This document shows positions 57,613 to 64,000 of a stretch of DNA of 64,000 nucleotides, in pieces. The translations under genes and the position numbers were made by a program. A model generated the notes under the pieces. That model was not told the origin of the DNA and made no database searches. It saw nothing but the letters and a program-made list of their open reading frames with translations. Source of the stretch: an uncultured Methanosarcinales archaeon (lineage in GTDB: Archaea > Nanobdellota > Nanobdellia > Woesearchaeales > UBA12501); the NCBI GenBank assembly GCA_964397315.1, contig CAYNHV010000001.1:12367-76366 (forward strand). Reading direction: 5' to 3'. The stretch's first letter is position 1. Each line of letters begins with the position of its first letter.

Positions 57613-59088
57613 GTGGTTAATATGCAAAAAAACAGAATATCTCTTAAAAGAAACCTGATTTATGCTCTGTTCACCAATGCTTTTGTGGCTTTTATGGGGT
57701 TTCTTTTTCATGTGCTGATAATCAGGAATGTCAGCAAGGACTTGTATGGCCAATATTCCTATTTCATCAGTTTGTCATTGATATTTATTGCCCTTTCAAA
57801 CATGGGTTTGACAGGATATTATCTTGTTAATTCATCCAAAAGGAGAAAAGACATGAGTAAAAATTACTATAAAAGTATCTATTTAAGGAGTTTATTAGTA
57901 ATAATTGTTTCTCCTGTATTCTTAATAACATTCATCTTGTTAGAAAACACCCTCAATCTGATATTTTTAACGGTGCTTGCTTTTGTAATATCTGAGAGTT
58001 TCCTCAGAGGAACAATGATCGTTTTTCGCTCACAGGAGATGATCAAATACTGGTCCATAAACCAGGTCTTTTATTATTCAGCGAAATTTCTGCTTTTTTT
58101 CATATTTATTTACATAGTGGATTGGAGTTCGCTTTTATTGTTTCTTTTCCTAACGCTAACAAACACATTGCTCACTCTTTTAGTTAATAGCATATTGAAA
58201 AGAAAACTATTAAGGGTTTCTTTGAGAAAGCTCATTTTAGTTGCAAAAAAAGTTTCTGTAAAGCGCGAAATAAAGAGAATTGTGCCTTTTACATTATTTC
58301 AGGTTTTTTTTATTATGTTCTATAAAGTTGATGTTATAATGATTTCAAAGATGGTGTCTGATTCCGCCGTAGCGTTGTACTCCTCTGCTTTCCTTATAAT
58401 TCAGGCTTTAATCAATGTATCAAAAAGCATTTCAATAGCCATCGCTCCAAGATTTGCTCTTTATTACGAAAAATCAGAGAGAAAAAGATTAGACGAATTG
58501 ATTAACAAATTAATCCCCCTTATTCAGTACACAAGTTTTTTGATATTAGGAATAATATTGGTTTATGGTTGGAAAATAATAATCTTGATATTTAGCGAGA
58601 GATATTCGGATGCCGCAGGCATATTATCAATATTGATATTCTCTTTTTTTCTTATATTTTACCATGACCTTTTCGCCATATTGATGAACAATACAGGACA
58701 TGAATCTTATGCCACTTTATTCTATGGGATAGCTATGGCCATAAATATAATTCCAAACTTTGTGCTTATACCATTGTGGGGTGCGAAAGGAGCCGCAATA
58801 GCAACTGTTGCTGCATTTACTTTTCTGGCTTCTATATCATATATATACACACTAAGAAAGATAACTAATAAAATGGTCTTTTTCAGAAGATTTTTTATAT
58901 TCTCCATTATAACAGCAATTACATATCTTATCTGCAACCACTATTTCAAACAAGAGCTATTCCTTGGAGTAGCAGTTTTTGTTTCAATTTATACGTTATT
59001 GAGTATCATCCTTAAAGTATTTCCAGAGGAAGGTTTTAAGTTTATTAGAGGTATGATAAAAAGTATATCAACAAGAGCTAATAGATGA
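57613..59088 (+). CDS. MOP-superfamily polysaccharide flippase (Wzx-like)
   Basis: 491 aa with ~12-14 TM segments. The N-terminal 'LIYALFTNAFVAFMGFLFHVLIIRNVSKDLYGQYSYF' pattern is typical of Wzx/RfbX. Confidence 0.6.
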   Translation: MVNMQKNRISLKRNLIYALFTNAFVAFMGFLFHVLIIRNVSKDLYGQYSYFISLSLIFIALSNMGLTGYYLVNSSKRRKDMSKNYYKSIYLRSLLVIIVSPVFLITFILLENTLNLIFLTVLAFVISESFLRGTMIVFRSQEMIKYWSINQVFYYSAKFLLFFIFIYIVDWSSLLLFLFLTLTNTLLTLLVNSILKRKLLRVSLRKLILVAKKVSVKREIKRIVPFTLFQVFFIMFYKVDVIMISKMVSDSAVALYSSAFLIIQALINVSKSISIAIAPRFALYYEKSERKRLDELINKLIPLIQYTSFLILGIILVYGWKIIILIFSERYSDAAGILSILIFSFFLIFYHDLFAILMNNTGHESYATLFYGIAMAINIIPNFVLIPLWGAKGAAIATVAAFTFLASISYIYTLRKITNKMVFFRRFFIFSIITAITYLICNHYFKQELFLGVAVFVSIYTLLSIILKVFPEEGFKFIRGMIKSISTRANR

Positions 59089-59097
59089 GGCAGCATA

Positions 59098-60381
59098 TTG
59101 ATGAAAAGAATGTTCAATTATGTAAGAAATATAAACAGATTTAATGAGATTATAGTTCTCCTGTTTTTAGGTGTTCTGTTAGGAGTTGCTAGCTTCTTTG
59201 GTTTTCAAATGGTGTGCACTATCCTACTCTTTATTATTTTGCTTATGATAATTTGGAGAACAAAAAATAAGATCGTTATTGCTGCTTTTTTGATTCGTGT
59301 TGCCATACAACTCATGAATTATAGTTTCTCCATACTTGAGCCCAAAGGCACTTCAGTAGGTTACATGACAATTCTTGAAAGAGCGCGTTTTTCTTTGCTC
59401 ACACAAGGGGACCTTTCCAATGTCTTCTACCAGTCAGGATCATCCAGCTTCCCATACCTTATCCTGCTCTATCCCTTTGCTGTAATCTTCGGAGCATTCA
59501 TAATAAACTTCTTCATAATCAACTCTTTCCTGGGAGCCCTTGCAGTATTCAATGTCTTCAGGATCTCAGACAGGGTTTTCGGCAAAAAAACAGCAATCAT
59601 CTCCTCTCTAATTTTTTGTTTCTCCCCTTATATAGCCTACATGAATGGCGTTTTCTCGAGAGATCCTTTAATCTTACTAATAACTACTCAGATAATCTAC
59701 CTTCTTGTGGATATGGCAAAAAAGAACACGCTCAGACCATCAATATTTGTATTCCTGGGGCTGCTCTTCTTCCTGAGAGTGGAATCATTGCTCATAATAG
59801 CATTTGGCTTTGTAGCTTACAAGTTCATCCAGATAAAGGATATCAGGAAGAACGTACTGCTGATAGCCGCAGCTGTTATCCTTGTCATTTTTCTTTTATC
59901 AAATCTCACAGTATATATGTTTCCAAGAGGTGACTCCCCTGTAAACACGCTTGATGAGTTCAGGGATTATCGGTCTCATGGAAGATCAGTGTATCTAAAA
60001 CACCATCAGTATAACACTCTTTTAGATATTGTGTATTATCTACCATCAAGGTTTGTCTATTTTGCATATTCTCCCCTTCCTCATCAGATAGAAAAGCCCA
60101 GGGACCTGCTCGGGCTTGTAGATAGCGCTATACTGATAATGCTTACGATTTTTGCCTTCCTGTCCAAGAAAACTATTTTAAGAGACAAACAGGCCCTCCT
60201 AATGCTTATAATACTCCTGACAGGATTTGCAGCAAGCTCCATAATAGAGGGAAATGTGGGGGCTGCAATGAGGCACAGGATGCAGTACTCATTCATATTG
60301 TACATCCTAGGCAGTTATTACCTGTCAAAACATTTAAAGATACCAGCATTAGACAGGCTTATTAAGAAAAGGATAATCTGA
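59098..60381 (+). CDS. polytopic membrane protein (Wzy/O-antigen-ligase-like candidate)
   Basis: 427 aa with multiple TM segments and a large loop. Confidence 0.35.
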   Translation: MMKRMFNYVRNINRFNEIIVLLFLGVLLGVASFFGFQMVCTILLFIILLMIIWRTKNKIVIAAFLIRVAIQLMNYSFSILEPKGTSVGYMTILERARFSLLTQGDLSNVFYQSGSSSFPYLILLYPFAVIFGAFIINFFIINSFLGALAVFNVFRISDRVFGKKTAIISSLIFCFSPYIAYMNGVFSRDPLILLITTQIIYLLVDMAKKNTLRPSIFVFLGLLFFLRVESLLIIAFGFVAYKFIQIKDIRKNVLLIAAAVILVIFLLSNLTVYMFPRGDSPVNTLDEFRDYRSHGRSVYLKHHQYNTLLDIVYYLPSRFVYFAYSPLPHQIEKPRDLLGLVDSAILIMLTIFAFLSKKTILRDKQALLMLIILLTGFAASSIIEGNVGAAMRHRMQYSFILYILGSYYLSKHLKIPALDRLIKKRII

Positions 60382-60383
60382 AA

Positions 60384-61322
60384 ATGGAAAGAATAAATGG
60401 AATAATCAAAAAATCAATTCCATCTTTTAAAAGAAGGCATTGGTCGTTTGTAGCAGATATAAAAGCAGGAGATAAAAAATTATTTTTGAAGATACCAAAA
60501 ATGGAGATGGATTTAAGTCTTAAAAAAAGTATGAACAGAAAAAAGAACATTGAACAAGGAATAATTGAAGCTAGAAACCATAAAAAAGCTGAAAGGATTA
60601 AGTTCTCAAAAGGATTCAAAGTTACAAAACTGAGAGAGTACGTCAAAAAGTACAACTGCTTAGTGTTTGATTTTGTTGAGGGGAATAATTTATACAAGGT
60701 CACTCTCAATAATAATCTGATAAGAGATCAAAATCTTGAAAGAGTATTTAAGATAATTGGTAAAAATTTACATATAATGCACAGAATACAGGTTAGTAAG
60801 AAAAACAGTAAGACAGTTGCGGAAGAGATAATGAGATATTCTAAAAGTTTGAAACTACACATTGATAAAAGAGTAATCCACTACTCAAAAAAACAGATTG
60901 TGAAATGCGCTCTCTCAGCAGAAGGTTTTGAAATAAGGAACTTTATCACAAATAATAGATGCATATATTTTTTTGACATTGGAGAGCTAAAAGAAGCTCC
61001 AGTTTATGAGAATTTAGCAAGATTTATTGTAAGCTCTAAAATAATATATTGGAACAAGCTTTTATTCCTTGCCAGATTGAAGATTAATAAAGCTTATAAA
61101 AAATCCTTTCTTAAAGGATACGGGCAGAAAGAAAATGAGCCCATGCTACAAATATTCATACTTAAAGAGCTTTTAAGATTCTATTATCATGCAATATTGT
61201 CTCTTAACCATAGAGTCAAAACACGGTCTATGAGAAAATTAATAAAGCGCTGTTATATCGACAGGTTTTATAAGAGAGAGGTGAACAAATGCCAAGAAAA
61301 AATAATAAATTTGATTACATAA
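60384..61322 (+). CDS. protein-kinase-like fold protein (LPS-kinase/RIO-like, divergent catalytic loop)
   Basis: 'LVFDFVEGNNLY' hinge-like segment and 'IRNFITNNRCIYFFDIGE' in the catalytic-loop/DFG position, with Asn in place of the usual Asp. Confidence 0.35.
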   Translation: MERINGIIKKSIPSFKRRHWSFVADIKAGDKKLFLKIPKMEMDLSLKKSMNRKKNIEQGIIEARNHKKAERIKFSKGFKVTKLREYVKKYNCLVFDFVEGNNLYKVTLNNNLIRDQNLERVFKIIGKNLHIMHRIQVSKKNSKTVAEEIMRYSKSLKLHIDKRVIHYSKKQIVKCALSAEGFEIRNFITNNRCIYFFDIGELKEAPVYENLARFIVSSKIIYWNKLLFLARLKINKAYKKSFLKGYGQKENEPMLQIFILKELLRFYYHAILSLNHRVKTRSMRKLIKRCYIDRFYKREVNKCQEKIINLIT

Positions 61323-61984
61323 AAGATACCAAATTAAAGTATCAGGATAAAGAATATGCAAGGAAATATCATTCAGAGTATTCTGGAAAGCTAAACTTAA
61401 GCCGCTTGAAGCATAAAATTGTAGCATATAGAGAAATTAAAATTGTTAGAGATTTGATAGACTCCATCAACGCAGGAAATAAAATCAGGATACTAGACAT
61501 ACCTTGTGGAACAGGAAAGCTTTTTCCTATTTTCCTGAAAAGAGGATTCTTGATATATGCGGCAGATATATCTAAAGAAATGCTATCATGCATACCAAAA
61601 GAACACATCAAACCTCAAGTAAAAGAGATAAAGACCCTAGATGCTACAAGAGTAGGTTACAAAGATGGGTTTTTTGAGATAGTAATCTGCCTTAGACTAC
61701 TTCACAGGGTGCCACATAAATTAAGGAAAAGAATAATTAAGGAATTGTCTAGAGTCAGCTCTTCTTACATAATACTCAGTGTAGGGGAGCTTCCTTTTAT
61801 TACCAAGATGGTTCATTCATTAAAAGAATTATTCCGTGATGGCAAAACATTGCCCTCACCTGCAACACACAATGAGATTTTGGATCTTGCAAAAAAGAAC
61901 AATCTTGTGATAAAGAAAAGAAAACCAGTGTTTAGGTTTTTGTCAACAGAACATATATATCTTCTGGAAAAATGTGCGGAATAA
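61289..61984 (+). CDS. class I SAM-dependent methyltransferase
   Basis: Motif I 'ILDIPCGTGKLF'. 231 aa. Confidence 0.7.
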   Translation: MPRKNNKFDYIKDTKLKYQDKEYARKYHSEYSGKLNLSRLKHKIVAYREIKIVRDLIDSINAGNKIRILDIPCGTGKLFPIFLKRGFLIYAADISKEMLSCIPKEHIKPQVKEIKTLDATRVGYKDGFFEIVICLRLLHRVPHKLRKRIIKELSRVSSSYIILSVGELPFITKMVHSLKELFRDGKTLPSPATHNEILDLAKKNNLVIKKRKPVFRFLSTEHIYLLEKCAE

Positions 61985-62160
61985 ACCTCATCTTGGACTT
62001 AAGCAACAGGAAAGATCTGAAAAGTCTTGTTTCCTCTATGAACAAGTGCATATCTTACAGGGGCCCTGACCCACAGGGAATCCTTTTGAAGGATAATGCA
62101 TCTTTGGGTCATCGCAGACTGTCCATCCTTGATATTTCAGAGAGAGGAACTGAAAGATAA
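61972..62160 (+). pseudogene. N-terminal 62-codon remnant of an asparagine-synthase (AsnB) gene
   Basis: 'MCGINLIL...YRGPDPQGILLKDNASLGHRRLSILDISERG' parallels 'MCGITGLF...HRGPDGEGFFREGNMALGHRRLSIIDLSEKG' of the gene at 50834, then stops. Confidence 0.6.
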
Positions 62161-62291
62161 GTTTTAAAATCAATGGAAAATGAGATTAGGAAACTTTACA
62201 GGAGTTATTCCAAAAACAGAGAGGATGACTCAAAGAAGCTCTGGAACGTTTATGTGCTTTCAAAATGGCTGGAAAAGAACAGGATAGAACC

Positions 62292-64000
62292 ATGAAAATC
62301 CTTCACATCATAACAAAGCTTGAGGTTGGCGGGGCCCAGCAGAACACAATATACACTGTTGAGCACCTTAATAGGCAGGAGAATGTTCATTCTGAGATAA
62401 TCGCAGGCCCCATTGTCAGCAGGAAGAACCTGATGAAGAACGCAAGGGACAGGGGCATAAATGTCACTGTAATAAAAGGCATAACCAATGAGATAAGGCC
62501 TATAAAAAACCTCACAGCCATGCTGAAAGCCTACAAGCACATAAGAAAAGGAAGGTTTGACATTGTCCACACCCACTCCTCTGTTGCAGGAATAATAGGC
62601 AGGATTGCTGCAAGGCTGGCAAAAACACCAGTAATAATACACACAGTGCATGGCTGGGGTATCAGGCCTGACCTTCCAAAGTGGAAGCTGAAGATATACA
62701 TTCTCCTGGAAAGGATCTGCGCCAGATTCACACACAAGCTCATAACAGTCTCAGAGAGGGACATAAGAAAAGGCCTAAAAAACAGCATAGGAAAGAAGAG
62801 CCAGTACACTGTAATAAGAAGCGGGATTGACATCAGCAGATTCTCAAAAAATATAAACAAGGAAAAGAAGAAAAAAGAGCTTGGCATTGACCCAAAAAAG
62901 CCTGTAGTAGGCATGGTAGGAAGGCTTGACAAGCAGAAGAACCCTCTTGACTTTGTGAGAGCAGCCTCAAAAGTGCAGAAAAAGCATCCAGAAGTCCAGT
63001 TCATCATAGCTGGGGACGGGCCTCTGAGAAAGCAGACAGAATCCCTAATAAAAAAACTGAAAGTAAATAATTTCCACATACTGGGATTCAGGGATGATGT
63101 TAATGAAATCATCCAGATTTTAGACATCTCAGTCCTGACCTCCCTCTGGGAGGGCCTGCCAAGAGTGTTTCCAGAGTCAATGGCTGCAAAAAAACCAATC
63201 ATTGCAACAGATGTTGACGGAGCAAGAGAGGCAATAATCAACAGCAAAAACGGCTTCATAACACAGCCTAAAAAGCCGGAGCAGACAGCAGAAAAAATAT
63301 ATTTCCTCCTGCAGAATCCCAAAAAGGCAAAGAAAATGGGAGAAAATGGCTTTGCAATGGCTGAAAAGTTCTCCCTGAAAACCATGCTTAACAAATTATA
63401 TGAGTTATATCAGAGACGGCAAAAAATGTCTGGAATAAAAGAAAGTTTTATACTTAAAGATAGACCTGCATTACGTAATGCATTGTTCAAGATATTTCAG
63501 ATAATTAACATCACAGCCAGAAAATGTTTTATACCTCTTATAGGATACAACTCATCAGAAAAAATAGTGTCAGAGAGATACAGATTCGTCTGCATAACAA
63601 TACCCATTTGTGGAAGGACCACTCTTCTTGACCTTTTCAGAAATTATTTTGATGATTTTTACATAACAAAAAAGCCTCTCAGCAGATTACTAAAAAGAAA
63701 TCCAGAGTATAACAATTACTTCAAGTTCACAATAATCAGGAACCCCTGGAGCAGAACAGTATCGTGCTATAACAAAAGGGTAGTTAATATCAATGCGTTA
63801 AAAAAGGTTTACCTCCTGAGCAGGTTTAAAGGATTAAACCCAAATATGACATTCAAGGATTTCATAAGATGGCTTAACACAAAGGAGGGTAGTGACGAAA
63901 GAGCTGACAAGCACTGGAAGTCCCCCCATAAATTTCTCATGGATGGTAATGGTAAGATAAGATGTGATTATGTGGGAAAGCTAGAAAGTTTAAGCAGTGA
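62292..64000 (+). CDS. GT4 glycosyltransferase fused in frame to a Sulfotransfer_2-like (carbohydrate sulfotransferase-like) domain; 3' end beyond the window
   Basis: 'MKILHIITKLEVGGAQ' and 'EGLPRVFPESMAAKKPIIATDVDGAREAI...NGF' mark the GT4 part. From ~63430 the sequence reads 'RFVCITIPICGRTTLLDLF' and 'FTIIRNPWSRTVSCYNKR' (5'-PSB/3'-PB-like). No stop occurs between the domains in my reading. Confidence 0.65.
   Translation, partial: MKILHIITKLEVGGAQQNTIYTVEHLNRQENVHSEIIAGPIVSRKNLMKNARDRGINVTVIKGITNEIRPIKNLTAMLKAYKHIRKGRFDIVHTHSSVAGIIGRIAARLAKTPVIIHTVHGWGIRPDLPKWKLKIYILLERICARFTHKLITVSERDIRKGLKNSIGKKSQYTVIRSGIDISRFSKNINKEKKKKELGIDPKKPVVGMVGRLDKQKNPLDFVRAASKVQKKHPEVQFIIAGDGPLRKQTESLIKKLKVNNFHILGFRDDVNEIIQILDISVLTSLWEGLPRVFPESMAAKKPIIATDVDGAREAIINSKNGFITQPKKPEQTAEKIYFLLQNPKKAKKMGENGFAMAEKFSLKTMLNKLYELYQRRQKMSGIKESFILKDRPALRNALFKIFQIINITARKCFIPLIGYNSSEKIVSERYRFVCITIPICGRTTLLDLFRNYFDDFYITKKPLSRLLKRNPEYNNYFKFTIIRNPWSRTVSCYNKRVVNINALKKVYLLSRFKGLNPNMTFKDFIRWLNTKEGSDERADKHWKSPHKFLMDGNGKIRCDYVGKLESLSS

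Noticed and set aside
62250-63394. Minus-strand ORFs 62250..62735 and 62531..63394
   Set aside because: They are antisense to the well-supported GT4-sulfotransferase gene starting at 62292 (+).
1-64000. CRISPR arrays, rRNA genes, IS transposases, integrase genes
   Set aside because: No regularly spaced short direct repeats, no rRNA-like conserved stretches and no transposase- or integrase-like ORFs were recognised by eye in this window. The only mobile-like sequences are the non-autonomous 166-bp elements and the junction repeats.

Overview
This looks like an archaeal chromosomal window. It has a complete A-type ATP synthase operon (atpHIKECFABD), SMC, an AglB/STT3-like oligosaccharyltransferase and a tRNA that seems to need introns. 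TTG starts are used, and several proteins carry Lys/Arg-rich extensions. Many adjacent genes overlap by 4 to 14 nt, consistent with operonic translational coupling.

Layout:
- 0.1-6.8 kb: nucleotide-sugar genes (epimerase, NDP-sugar pyrophosphorylase, UDP-glucose 6-dehydrogenase, PGM/PMM) plus a membrane-anchored ChoK/APH-like kinase.
- 7.1-10.6 kb: smc.
- 10.6-13.1 kb: GT4 glycosyltransferase, PIG-L/LmbE deacetylase and a YkgJ-type CxxCxxCC protein.
- 13.3-13.7 kb: a 166-bp MITE-like element directly beside a tRNA-Gly(UCC) that folds only if two introns are removed.
- 13.7-24.1 kb: DHH phosphoesterase, beta-carbonic anhydrase and the A1Ao ATPase operon.
- 26.0-30.9 kb: a PAPS-supply module (APS kinase, a nucleotidyltransferase-APS-kinase fusion, CysQ-like PAP phosphatase) with a sulfotransferase, framed by two copies of a conserved ~100-bp non-coding element.
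- 31.1-33.4 kb: AglB-like gene.
- 34.4-37.1 kb: P-type ATPase.
- 38.0-43.1 kb: a cassette-like toxin-antitoxin/Abi island whose units are separated by recurring junction repeats. It includes a vapC PIN gene split by a second, near-identical copy of the MITE, and a hicA remnant.
- 43.7-64 kb: a large, visibly AT-richer glycan locus. It holds WbpA/B/D/E-like diacetamido-uronic-acid enzymes, AsnB amidotransferase, a B12-binding radical SAM enzyme, methyltransferases, a Wzx-like flippase, two further sulfotransferases (one fused to a GT4 glycosyltransferase), and gene remnants.

The most notable candidate system is a sulfated-glycan biosynthesis network with its own PAPS supply and unusual domain fusions.
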